A stretch of 64,000 bases of DNA from Callorhinchus milii (taxonomy: Eukaryota), in NCBI RefSeq assembly GCF_018977255.1, contig NW_024704742.1:52640001-52704000 (forward strand), given 5' to 3'. How positions within the stretch are numbered: the first letter of the stretch is position 1; every line of letters starts with the position of its first letter. This document shows positions 25,175 to 38,309 of this stretch, in pieces. Under the pieces are notes generated by a model, which had not been told where the DNA came from, made no database searches, and saw nothing but the letters and a program-made list of their open reading frames with translations. The position numbers and the translations under genes were made by a program.

Positions 25175-25810
25175 TAACAACAACAACAACTTGGATTTAT
25201 ACAGCGCCCTCCATGCCGGACGGCATCTCAGAGCGCTTTAAAGTTTAGGATCCCGGGGCCGAGCCAGGGGGAGGGGTGGGAAGGTGATCAAAGGCGTGCT
25301 CGAAAAGAAAGGTCTTCAGCGGAGACCTGAAAATGGGAAGGGAGGGAGCGAGATGAAGGGAGTGAGGAACAACAACAACAACAATAAGAAGATTCCATTT
25401 ATAAAGCGCCTTTTACGTCAGGAGGACGTCCCAAGGCGCTGCACAGTTGGGTCATGACCCGAGCAGGGGGGAAATGGTCAGGGTGAGGGGAGGGGAGGGA
25501 GCAAGGAGGGGGGAAATGGTCAGGGTGAGGGGAGGGAAGGGAGGGAGCAAGAAGGGGGAAGAGAGTCGAGAGGGGAGCTGAAGGCTCGGTCAAAGAGAAA
25601 GGTTTTGAGACCGGCCTTGAAGGAGGAAAGGGAGGAAGCAAGGCGAAGGCACTGGGGGATAGAGTTCCAGAGCCTCGGGGCTGAGAGGCTGAAGGCCTGA
25701 CCACCAATGGTAGGGCGATTGGGGCAGTTCCAGAGCCTCGGGGTGTAGTGGCTGAAGGCACGGCCGCCAAGGGTGGAGCGGAGGACTCAAGGGGACAAGG
25801 AGGAGACCAG
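25175..25810 (-). mobile_element. Young L2 tail (~25370-25726) nested in an older L2 tail
   Basis: Two L2 3' ends; the older copy resumes at AGTTCCAGAGCCTCGGGGTG. Confidence 0.82.
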
Positions 25811-26232
25811 ACCACTTTACTGTGGTCTGTGAAGTGCTTTGAGACATCTCGAATATCTGATAAACCGCTATATCAAATGCAAGGATTATTATTATTATTA
25901 CTTTAATTTATATTAATGTTTCATATTTTATATTGATCCCTTGGTACTATTTGAAAGGAGAAAGCAGTGTCCTGACCGACAATTGCCCAGTGAAGTGATC
26001 ATTCACTTTATGACTGTTTGTGGGATATTGTGATGTGCATATTAGCTGCTGTATTTGCCTATGAAATATAGTCACTACTTTTTACAGTAAATCCTATGAA
26101 GCAATTTGAAACATCCTCCTGAAGTGAAAGGCATTATGTCAAATGCAAGGATTATTATTATTATTTCCAGTGGTCCAGGGGTTGATCCATAAATGAAAGA
26201 TAAAATCACAAGTATATTTACAAGCATATAAT

Positions 26233-26592
26233 CTCCTGTAGCTTCGCAGTTAGAGCACTCACTTCGCAAGCGAGAGGACCTGGATTCGATTCCCGGGCAG
26301 GGCAAAACATTGGGCAAGTTTCCTTGCTCCACACCCTCTATTTACCTAGCAGAAAATAGGAACCCTGGTTGTTAGTTGATTGGTGGATCGCTTTTCAGGG
26401 GTTAATAATTGCTTAAGAAAAACAAAATAAATAATAATTTGTTCTTTCAATCCACGACTGTAAGACCCTGCTGTGCGCATTTTGCCCACAAACTATACAG
26501 TCAATTCACTTTACAGTATATTCTATGAAGCGCTTTGAGATGTCTCGAAGACATGGTAAAGCTCTATTTCAGAGGCAAGGATTATTATTACT
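26233..26592 (+). mobile_element. tRNA SINE, long subtype
   Basis: Shared head, body and tail. Confidence 0.85.
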
Positions 26593-27329
26593 ATCTTTCT
26601 CTCAAAGTGTGCAATTTCTGCTATTGTTTGTTTCTGCACAGTGTGGCATCCAGTTTACGGTAATAAAATGAAAATAAATGTTAAATGAGCACAGAGATAC
26701 AGGAGAAAGAAGTTACATATTATCACTCCTTAACACATAAAATGTCACAGAGTGCTTCAAAGATAATTACTGTCAAATGGAGTTACTTTTCATAGCCATC
26801 TACTGAATACACTCACAATCGCTTGATACTTCCAGTCATTAAGGTACATTTGCTGTTTCCAGCATTGAAATCAATCATTAAGGACACAAACTGCATATCA
26901 AATTAACATAGGTAACCTTGCAGACATTAATTAATTGGCTTATTATAAATCTTTGCACAATCGCTATTAATGGAACATGATCAACAACATTCTGAAATGA
27001 TATTGGCCCATGGATAGGTTGGCTGTTACTTTGTTATCCAGACCAACTCACGTCTTCAGCTAAAACAATGGGCCATCAAAAGGGGGAATTAAATATGCTT
27101 AACAAAGTTTTCATTGCACCCTAAGAAAATTGGGTCAATGCCATTCCTAAGTGTTGTTAGCAAGAAATGATGATGGTATCAACAATACAGTATGAGTCAA
27201 AACCTATGGAAAAGTTTGAAAATATGCTGCAGAATAGAGAATTCAAATGGTAAGTAAGTGAACAGCAAATTCTGAAAGGCTGCAGGCTTGACAGACATTT
27301 TCTTTGGGACCAGCTGGGTGTCTGACCCA

Positions 27330-27680
27330 TCACCATGCTTAAGCATCCAAACCAGATTAAGAATTCCACATACTCCACTTTCACATGGAAATTCTCCTGT
27401 TTGGAATGCAATGTGCACTCTCTCCCCAGAGAGACACATCCTGCTCACCTAATAACAGAGTGTATTGGGTACAGATTGGCAAGAATCAAGGCATGGGGAC
27501 CCCAGAGTTTATGTTGGGGCACTGCTGGAGTTTAACCAGCTAAAACCATTATTGAAAGCACTGTCTGGCAAGCACTGCTTATCCAGCTAGGACCACCCTG
27601 CTCATTAGGGCCTCGGCTTGCAAAGTTAACAGGGGGGGAGTGGGAAATATCCTTGCCCCAACGACGAGTCTGCCCCTCTA
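27330..27680 (+). repeat. Unclassified old repeat, copy B
   Basis: See 13385-13800. Confidence 0.75.
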
Positions 27681-27682
27681 GT

Positions 27683-27864
27683 TCAACAACAACAATATGA
27701 TTGCATTTATAGAGCGCCTTTCATGTCGGGAGGACGTCCCAAGGCGCTGGACAGTTGGATCGGGACCCGAGCAGGGGGGAAATGGTCAGGGTGAGGGAAG
27801 GGAAGGGAGGGAGCGAGGAAGAGGTAGAGTCGAGAGGGAGCTGAAGGCACGGTTGAAGAGAAAG
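27683..27864 (-). mobile_element. Short young L2 3' tail
   Basis: Matches 14930-15115. Confidence 0.88.
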
Positions 27865-27999
27865 CCCCACGTCAAGACTTTGAGTTCAGTATCTAGGCTG
27901 ACATTAGATTGCACTGGGGGTCTGCTGCATTGTTCAGCTCCAAAGAGACCCTGCTTACCTACCCCCAAGGAGGATGTTGCCATGACAGCTTGGTGGGGG

Positions 28000-28290
28000 A
28001 GATTTGTGCCCAGCAAATTTCCAAAAACAGCCATGAAGTGAATAAACCAATTTTATTTGGAGGCCAGGACAATGGGAAAAATCCCCTTCTCTTTTTAAGC
28101 AGTGCCATGAGATCTTTAACTTCCACCTGAATGGGCAGATTGGGACTCATTCAAAGGATGGCACCTTCAACAATGCAGCAGACCCCCAATGCAATCTAAT
28201 GCCAGCCTAGATACTGAACTCAAAGTCTTGACATGGGACTTGAACACACAGACATTTGATTCAGAAGCGAGAGTGTTACCAGCTGAGACA
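28000..28290 (-). mobile_element. Old Deu-domain SINE
   Basis: Core AGTGCCATGAGATCTTTAAC and tRNA-like head at ~28235-28290. Confidence 0.65.
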
Positions 28291-28914
28291 GGCGGGTAGC
28301 TTAGTGAGGACCGGAATATTGTGTTGCATTATACAAGGACAATTTGTCCTTTGAAGCTATTTCCAGAAAATATGACGCTGATTGTACATGTCTGCATTGG
28401 AGTTCAATTTGGTGAGATTGTCAAAGGAATTGTAAAGGAGGAAGCTTCTTTACATTTAGTTTTCTTCGGCTGCAATCTGACTTCAGATGATTTAGCAATG
28501 AGATTAGTATCTGAGTCTAGCTCAGGTGGATTACAACAGAGATTTGGATGAAGAAGGCCCTTAGGCCCATTTGATCTTATCCTTCCAGAATACAGCCCCT
28601 AGTATTCTCCCATCACAGGCTGAAGTTGTTTTGTATACAAGTCCAACATCTTGGCCTCAAACTACCTCTCTGGTAATCCTTTCTAATTGTTAATTACCCT
28701 CTGGGTAAAGAAATACTTCCTGATATTAGTCTTGAAATTTCACTTTGCAGCCCTAAACTTGTATTGTTTTCTTCAGTCTCACGTGTACAAAAGTATTGTT
28801 TTGAGTTTACTTTTTCAACCGTATTTAGATTTATCTATAAGATCCACTCTCAGGTGTCTTTTTTAAAACAAGACTGAAGAACCCTAGCTTCTTAATACAA
28901 TCATTGCTCATAAC

Positions 28915-29215
28915 CTGGGCCAATAGTAACGTGCCCAAAATGATGAATTTACGGAAAATTGTGGGGGGTGGGTGGGGTTGTCAAATTTTGCAGAAAATGG
29001 CGGGGAGTTGATTGGTGCTTTTGAGGTACATTTTACTGCCAATCTACATTTTTTCACTTAACTAATAAAAACTAAACATGAGTAAATAGCACGTATTAGA
29101 TTGTTGCAAAAAAATATTAATTGCTTCTTTGATAAAAACTGGGTGGCCATTTTGGGGGGTTTGGGAAGGGGGGGCGAGGCTACAGGAGCTCTCAGGGCTC
29201 AGCACCGGGCACAGA
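28915..29215 (+). repeat. Unclassified interspersed repeat head, copy 1
   Basis: Homologous to the reverse complement of ~50820-51221 (GGGGAGTTGATTGGTGCT...ATTTTACTG.CAATCTA...TTGTTGCAAAAAA). Confidence 0.8.
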
Positions 29216-29867
29216 CCCAGAGAGAGAGACACACACACTGAGACACACAGACCAGAGGGAGTGACACACACACAGACACAGAGGGAGACACCACACCCAG
29301 AGACACAGAGAGAGACACACACTCAGAAACACAAAGAAACACACACTCAGAGACACAGAGAAACACACACTCAGAGACACAGAGAAACACGCACTCAGAG
29401 ACACAGAGAAACACACACTCGGAGACACAGAGAAACACACACTCAGAGACACAGAGAGAGACGCACACACTCAGAGACACAGAGAGAGACGCACACTCAG
29501 AAACACAGAGAAACACACACTCAGAGACACAGAGAAACACACACTCAGAGACACAGAGAAACACGCACTCAGAGACACAGAGAAACACACACTCAGAGAC
29601 ACAGAGAAACATGCACTCAGACACACAGAGAAACACACACTCAGAGACACAGAGAGAGACGCACACACTCAGAGACACAGAGAGAGACGCACACACTCAG
29701 AAACAGTGAGACACAGAGAGATGCACATTCACAGAGACACTCACAAACACATAGAGACACACACAGGCACGACCATAAACACACAGAGGAGAGGGAGACA
29801 CAGACATACCTACACAGATACTCACAAATGCATACAGAGAGACATACACACAGACAATCATACACAC
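29215..29867. repeat. CA/GA-rich minisatellite, ~24-bp unit ACACACTCAGAGACACAGAGAAAC
   Basis: Direct tandem repeats. Confidence 0.95.
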
Positions 29868-31272
29868 TGTAAACGTTTTTACAAGTGGTTGGTAAACACT
29901 GAGACGCCAGAGTCCTTGATACAATTTTAATATTTTATTAGCACAACTTTAGTACAGTAAGTCAACCCGAGTTTCACACGTAAGTACAGGTAAGTACAGG
30001 TATACACCAATAGGATAGTCACCTTCGTATTTTATGGACCAAGGAGTACGTTAGTAGCACACACGTGTTAATATTGTCGTTATACTTTGCTCGTAAAAAT
30101 AACTCAATAATTTGATGACTAATATAATTTGTGACACAACAGAAAATAATCAATAATTTGTGACGCAACAACAGATAATTAATGGCTTGACTAACCCCTA
30201 AGTCCCCTAATGAAACCATACTACCCGTTGAACAGCAGTGGCCAACTGGTGTCTCGCTTCCTTTCTCGTTCTCCTCCGAAAGGTGGATTCTTGGTTCGGG
30301 AGGCTGGCGATCCTCACAACGTGGGCTGCGTGCCTCTCCCCACCTGGTATCGACTGATACCGGTTACCAGATGATCTGGTCTGCCTGCTCCTTTACTCTC
30401 TCTCTCTCTTTCGAAGGACTGACTTGCCGGATGTTCTGCTTGCTCTTGTTCTCTCTCTCTCACTGTCGAAGTATTGACTTGACGGACGATCAAAAAGTTT
30501 GTCTTTTCGCTAACAGTCTGCCATTCCCAATCTTGAGTTTCTTTGGTTTTGGTCAGAGAGGTCAAACCTTCGCAGGGTGACCACAGAGCTCCTTCTCTGT
30601 TCTCTCCCTGATCCAAGACAATTTCACTCAGATTTTGTTCCTATTCTTTTACTCTCTAGCAGCGTTTGAACAATGACGAGATCTTTCCTGGTCATTGTCC
30701 TGCATCCCCTAACTCTTGACCCTTGCTCTCGTGATTTAATTAACCCGTTCAGAAATGCTCTTAACTCAACATTCCTGGCTCTTCCTTTCTGACCTTCCCT
30801 CTCCTCCTTCACTTAGCAGTTTTCTAAAGAACGTGTTGACTCTTACAGTCACATCACCCGTTACCTTCCTTCCGGTCTGCTCATCTTAACCTGCACATGG
30901 TGTTCACTGTATCGGTACCCTTCAGTGATGGGTTCTCACGCATTCCTTTGCCCCTTGTGACTCTTCTCCGGGCTCCTAATCTCCTCGTCCCAGTCTCACT
31001 GTCTTGGCCTTGAAACTGATTTCTGACATGATTCTTTGTCCTGGAAAATGTAACTTTGTCTAACTTCTTTGATAGCTCTAAGCCAGTTTGTACCAGCCTG
31101 CTGACCGCTAGGTTCCATTTTACTGCTTACTTCAGGGGTTTCATAGGTCATTCAATTGCCCATTTTTCTTATTAAACGACAGCAAGTACATTACCCATAA
31201 TCATACGAATTAACGCTTATAATCATAATCATAGATAATGACATAATCATTCATAACTAATCATTATTTACA
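29868..31272 (-). mobile_element. Solo LTR (Gypsy- or ERV-like), 1405 bp
   Basis: TGTAAA...TTTACA termini; 4-bp TSD ACAC (29864-29867 and 31273-31276); minus-strand AATAAA at 29934-29939; no coding potential recognised. Confidence 0.75.
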
Positions 31273-31350
31273 ACACTCACACAGAAAATCATACACACAC
31301 ACAATCATTCACACTCACACCAACCATACACACTCACACACAGGCAATCA

Positions 31351-34300
31351 GGAGTCAGGAGCAGAGGAAGGAGAGAGATGAAATACCAAGCAACCAGCGG
31401 GAAAATTAAAAAGTCACAATGAAAACATTCTGAAAGAGTAAACTAACAACTAACACTAACTACTAACTAACAGTAAACTAACGCTAACTACTAACTAACA
31501 ACACTAAAAATAAAATAAATTAAAAAAATTAATTAAGAATTTCACTTTTAAAAAATAATAATAATTAATTAAATAAAACTTTAATTCACAGTGGGGATGG
31601 GAGAGGTGGCAATGGAGTGGCAGGTGTTGTGTGAGGACAGTGGGGGTGGGAGAGGTGGCAATGGTGTGGCAGGTGTTGCGTGAGGACTGTAACATGTGGC
31701 AGTTGCTGGAGGGCAGTCTGAGCCCGGGCGGCCACACCTGCAGCAAATGTCTGCAACTGAGGCAGCTCCAGCTCAGGGTGTCTGAGCTGGAATCCGAGGT
31801 GCAGACATTGCGCAGCATCAGGGACAGTGAGTGTTTCCTGGAGAGTTTCATCCTTGAGCCAGTCACTCCCCTGAGGCTCAGGGAATGTATAGATAATAGT
31901 ATCAGTCAAGGAGAGGATAGGGTGTCTGACAGGCAGGAAGTTAAGGGAACACCAAAAGAGTGGTAGTGAAGCCTCAGGCTATAACCTTGGCCAACAGGTA
32001 CGAGATCCTTGTAACCTGTGTAGACAAGGAAGCCTGTGAGGAAGAAGGAAAACGTGATTCCAATATTAGGGGAAATGAACAGAAAGTTGTAGTCACTGGG
32101 GACGAGACTATCAGACGGACAGATACACTTATCTGCAGCCGCAACCAGGAGACCTGAAGGCTCTGTTGCCTTCTTGGGGCCGGCGGGAAGGACGTCTCGG
32201 CGGGGCTGGAGGAGAATCTAAAACATGAGGGCGAGGATCCATTGGTGGTACTTCACATACGTACCAATGACATAGGTAGGGTTAGTAGTGGTGATTTGAG
32301 GAGGAAGTTCAAGGAGCTGGGAACTAAATTAAAACGAAAAACATCAAAGGTAGTGATATCAGGATTGCTGCCTTTGACATGTGCAAATTGATACAGGAAT
32401 GAGCAAATTAGAGAGTTAAATGCATGGCTGAGGGAGTGGTGTGGAATACAGGGGTTTCATTTTATGGGCCACTGGCACCAGTATTGGGGAAAAGGGGATC
32501 TATTTCAAAAAGATGGGCTCCACTTAAATCGGGCTGGGACAAATGTCCTAGCAAACCGAATACACAGGGAGGTAAATAAAGCTTTAAACTAGTAAAGGTG
32601 GGGTGGGGGGGAGGGGGGCATACAATTAGAAATAATCGCAAGCCAGCAATATTAAGAAAACTAAAGGTGGCAGAACAGAATAGCGAGAGAGATAAACAGA
32701 ATAGGTCAAAGAGGGGTAAGAAGCTCAGTAAAGAAGATAGGGCATCAGAGAGTAGGGGAAATGGTAAGAAATTAAAATCGCTATATCTGAATGCACGAAG
32801 CATTCGGAATAAGATAGATGAATTAAAGGCACAGATAGATACAAACAGGTATGATCTAGTAGCCATTACTGAGACATGGTTAGGTTGAGAGTTACATATT
32901 CCGGGGTTTTCAGCTTATGGGAAGGATAGACTGTGGAAAACGAGGTGGGGGGGTGGGTGGTAGCCTTGTTAATAAAGGATGGAATAAAAACAGTAGAGAG
33001 GAAGGATTTCAAATCAGATAATCAGGATGTAGAGACGGTATGGGTAGAATTACGAAATAACAAAGGGCAGAAAACATTAGTGGGAGTAGTTTATAGACCT
33101 CCTAACAGTGATCACAGCATAGCACAGGGTATTAATCAAGAAATTAGAGGAGAGTGTAGCAAAGGTAATGCAGTAATAGTGGGTGATTTCAATCTTCATA
33201 TAGATTGGGAAAACCAAATCGGCAAAAGTAGGGTACAGGAGGAGTTTATAGAATGTATGAGAGATAGCTTTCTGGAGCAGTATGCTGAGGAACCAACTAG
33301 GGGAAAGGCCATCCTAGACCTTGGTTTGTGTAACGAAACAGGGCTAGTTGGTAATACAAATATTAAGGGTCCTCTAGGACATGATAGAATTTAGTATTAA
33401 GTTAAGAGAGCGATGTAGTCAAATCCGAAGCAAGGATCTTAAATTTAAATAAAGCTAACTTTGCAGGTATGATGGAAAAATTAGTTAAAATAGACTGAGG
33501 AATTAGATGAATGGATATGACAATAGACCAACAATGGCAAACAAGGATGTAGTGCATAATTCTCAGCGGTCACATATTCCCTTGAGGAATAAAAGTACCA
33601 CAGGGAAAGCAGTTCAGGCTAACTAGAGCAGTTAAAGAAAATATAACACTAAAAGAAAGGGCCTATAAAACTGCCCAAAAGAGTAGCAAACCTGAGGACT
33701 GGGAGTGTTTTAGGGACCAACAAAGGAAAACCAAAAAGCTCATTAAGAGTGAGGAAATGGATTATGAGGGCAAGCTAGCTACAAGCATTAGGACAGATTG
33801 TAAGAGTTTTTATAAATACATTAAGAGGAATAGGCTAGCAAAAGTAAATGTGGGTCCATTACAGGCAGAGACAGGAGGAATTATGATGGCTGATAAGGAT
33901 ATGGCAGAGTCCCTAAGTAAATACTTTGCTTCTGTCTTCACATTAGAAGACACAAGAAGTTTACCAGAAATAGAGATGAACTAAGGGGCTAATGATAGGG
34001 AGCAACTTAGGGAAATTTACATTAGCAAAGAATTGGTGCTAGGGAAATTGTTGGCATTAAAAAGTGACAAGTCCCCTGGACCTGATGGTTTGCATCCTAG
34101 GGTTTTAAAAGAGGTAGCTCATGAGATAGTGCAGACCTTGTGTCTGATATTCCAAAATTCTTTGGATTCTGGAACGATTCTGGATTCGTTGATTGGAAGA
34201 TCGCAAACGTCACACCACTATTTAAGAAAGGTGGGAGAGAAAAGATGGGGAACTGTAGACCAGTTAGTCTGACATCGGTGGTAGGGAAAATTCTAGAATC

Positions 34301-35590
34301 CTTAATTAAGGATGTCGTAGTGGGATACTTAGAGGATCACAATATGATTAGACAGAGTCAACATGGCTTTACAAAAGGGAAGTCATGCTTAACAAATCTT
34401 TTAGATTTTTTTGAGGACATATCAAGTAGATTAGATAGGGGGAATCAGTGGATGTAGTGTATTTAGATTTCCAAAGGCATTCAATAAGGTGCCGCACACA
34501 AGGTTGATCCAAAGATTAGGCCCCATGGAATTAACGGGAATATATTAGCATGGATTGGGGAATGGTTAACAGGAAGAAAACTGGTGTATAAAGAGTAGGG
34601 ATAAACATGTCCTTCTCAGATTGGCAGGATGTGACCAGTGGAGTGCCACAAGGATCAGTGCTTGTTACAATCTACATCAATGCTATTTACAATCTACATC
34701 AACTTCTAGGTGAGGACATCGAACTTAATATATCCAAATTCGCGGATGACACTAAACTTGGAGGAAGAGTAAACACTGAGGATGACATTAAAAAAATGCA
34801 ACAAGATATAGATAGGCCAGGTGAGTGGACAAATAGATGGCAGATGAAGTATAATGTAAGGAAGTGTGAGGTCATCCATCTAGGTGGCAAAAAAGTAGAG
34901 CAGATTATTTTTTAGAAGGGGAGAGATGAGATAATGTTAGTGTTCAGAGGGACTTGTGGGTCCTTATACACCAGTCACAAAAAGTTAGTTTGCAGGTACA
35001 GCAAGTAGTTAGAAAAGCTAACGGTATGTTGGCATCTGTTACAAAAGGGTTAGAATATAAGAGTAGGGCAATCTTGCTGCAACTGTATAGGGCCCTGGTG
35101 AGACCGCACCTGGAGTATTGTGTGCAGTTTTGGTATCCTTATTTAAGAAAGGATGTACTCGCCTTGGAGGGGGTACAATGTAGATTCACTAAGTTGGTAC
35201 TTGGGATGAGGGGGATGAGTTATGAGGATAAGTTGAGCAATTTAGGCCTCTCTAGAATATAGAAGAATGAGAGGTGATCTTATTGAAACCTATAAGATTA
35301 TGAAGGGGCACGACACAATAGGTAGTAGGAGACTTTTTCCCCTGGTTGGAGATACTATAACCAGGGGTCACAATCTTAAAATTAGGGGTAAGCCCTTTTG
35401 AGGAAAAACTTCTTCACTCAGAGGGAGTGAATTTATGGAATTCTCTACCCCAAAGGGCTGTAGATGCTCAGTCCTTGAACATATTCAAAACTGAGATTTA
35501 TAGATTTCTTGTGGGGTAAAGGGATTAAGAGATATGGAGATAAGGTGGAGTTAGATGGCCTACTCCTGCTCATAATTCTTATGTTCTTAT
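31351..35590 (+). mobile_element. Near full-length degraded CR1 LINE (ORF1 zinc finger/coiled coil/esterase; ORF2 APE endonuclease + RT)
   Basis: ORF1 CNMW...HTCSKCLQL...LRVSELE and VLHIRTNDIG; ORF2 [52 protein letters not shown]; 3' tail ATTCTTATGTTCTTAT; multiple stops and frameshifts. Confidence 0.93.
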
Positions 35591-37410
35591 CATACACATT
35601 CACACACAGACAATCATACACACTCACACACAGAGAGACACAGACAGTCATACACATTCACACACAGACAATCATACACATTCACACACAGACAATCATA
35701 CACATTCACACACAGAGAGACACAGACAATCATACATACTCACACACAGATAATCATACACACTCACTCACAGACAATCATACACACTCACACAGAGAGA
35801 GACACAGACAATCATACATACTCACACACAGATAATCATACACACTCACACACAATCATACACACTCACACACAGATAATCATACTCACACACAGAGAGA
35901 CACAGACAATCATACACACTCACACAGACACACAGACAATCATACACACAGACACACAGACAATCATACACACTCACACAGACAATCATACACACAGACA
36001 ATCATACACACTCACACACAGACAATCATACACACAGACAATCATACACACTCACACACAGACAATCATACACACTCACACACAGACACACAGACAATCA
36101 TACACACAGACACACAGACAATCATACACACTCACACAGACAATCATACACACAGACAATCATACACACAGACACACAGACAATCATACACACAGACAAT
36201 CATACACACAGACACACAGACAATCATACACACTCACACACAGACAATCATACACACAGACAATCATACACACAGACACACAGACAATCATACACACTCA
36301 CACACAGACAATCATACACACAGACAATCATACACACTCACACACAGACAATCATACACACAGACAATCATAGACACTCACACAGACAATCATACACACA
36401 GACAATCATACACACTCACACACAGACAATCATACACACAGACAATCATACACACTCACACAGACAATCATACACACAGACAATCATACACACAGACACA
36501 CAGACAATCATACACACAGACAATCATACACACTCACAGACAGACAATCATACACACTCACACACAGACAATCATACACACAGACAATCATACACACTCA
36601 CACATAGGCAATCATACACACAGACAATCATACACACTCATACACAGACAATCATACACACTCACACACAGACACACAGACAATCATACACACTCACACA
36701 CAGACAATCATACACACAGACAATCATACACACTCACACACAGACACACAGACAATCATACACACAGACAATCATACACACTCACACACAGACAATCATA
36801 CACACTCACACACAGACACACAGACAATCATACACACAGACAATCATACACACTCATACACAGACAATCATACACACTCACACACAGACAATCATACACA
36901 CAGACAATCATACACACTCACACACAGACAATCATACACACTCATACACAGACAATCATACACACAGACAATCATACACACTCACACACAGACAATCATA
37001 CACACTCATACACAGACAATCATACACACAGACAATCATACACACTCACACACAGACAATCATACACACAGACAATCATACACACTCACACAGACAATCA
37101 TACACACAGACAATCATACACACTCACACAGACAATCATACACACAGACAATCATACACACTCACACAGACAATCATACACACAGACAATCATACACACT
37201 CACACAGACAATCATACACACAGACAATCATACACACTCACACACAGACAATCATACACACAGACAATCATACACACTCACACACAGACAATCATACACA
37301 CAGACAATCATACACACTCACACACAGACAATCATACACACAGACAATCATACACACTCATACACAGACAATCATACACAGACACACAGACACACACACC
37401 ATCATACACA
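35591..37410. repeat. CA-rich minisatellite, units CACAGACAATCATACACA(CTCACA), ~18-26 bp
   Basis: Dozens of tandem GACAATCATACACA cores. Confidence 0.97.
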
Positions 37411-37721
37411 CTCCATTCCACTCTAATATTCCATTTTCTTTCTGACAATCAACGCGAATCATGTTTTCAGTTATTAAGGTCAGGCTAACGAGTCGGTAGT
37501 TTCTGGGTGTCATTCTGTCACCCTTCTTGAATATGGTAACCATATTTGTTTATGTCTCAGCTGTTGGAATCTTACCATTGGTGAGTGACTTGAACCGACA
37601 TGAGATAACATCTGGGCTCAGCATTCTATCTTCACAGATCTTTTTGCAAATCACCACAAATTACAACTCCATTGTCACAAAAATGATTGAACACAGGCAG
37701 GTCTGGCATAATTAGCTTTAA

Positions 37722-37985
37722 AAACATAAGAACATAAGAATTAGGAGCAGGAGTAGGCCATTCGGCCCCTCGAGCCTGCCCCGCCATTCAATAAGATCAT
37801 GGCTGATCTTCTGACCTAACTCTAATTACCTGCCCTATCCCCATATCCCCTAATGCCTCTATTTTTAAAAAATCTATCAGTCTCAGCTTTGAATATGTTC
37901 AAGGACTGAGCATCTACAGCCTTCTGGGGTAGTGAATTTCATAAATTTCATAAATTCATAAATTCACTATCCTCTGAGTGAAGAG
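37722..37985 (-). mobile_element. CR1 3' end
   Basis: (ACATAAGA)n tail, GGAGTAGGCCATTCGGCCC. Confidence 0.88.
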
Positions 37986-38309
37986 CTTTGAGACAATGTC
38001 TGAAATAACAACGTTCTTGAAGCACTGAGAAATTCACTATTTCACTGTTTCACAACATACTCACACACAATCATACACACTCACACACAGACAATCATAC
38101 TTCACTTCATTCAATATTACACATCATTGTATTAGTACATTGTGCTAGCAGGCAACCATAGATAGTAAGAAAAGCTATGAATAAGTTTGAAACTCATTAC
38201 AAAGCTTGTATTTGCATTAAAATAAAGTACTATGGTTGTAAAGTAAAGGCAAACAATTAACCTTTACTAAGAACTTTCATTTATAGAAAAGAATGTACGA
38301 TAAGTGCAA

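Noticed and set aside
29129..29930. Long ORFs (247 aa THTQRHRE repeats and antisense CVSE repeats)
   Set aside because: Translations of a minisatellite
35591..37410. Regular repeat array superficially like a CRISPR array
   Set aside because: No unique spacers, low-complexity CA units, vertebrate context, no cas genes
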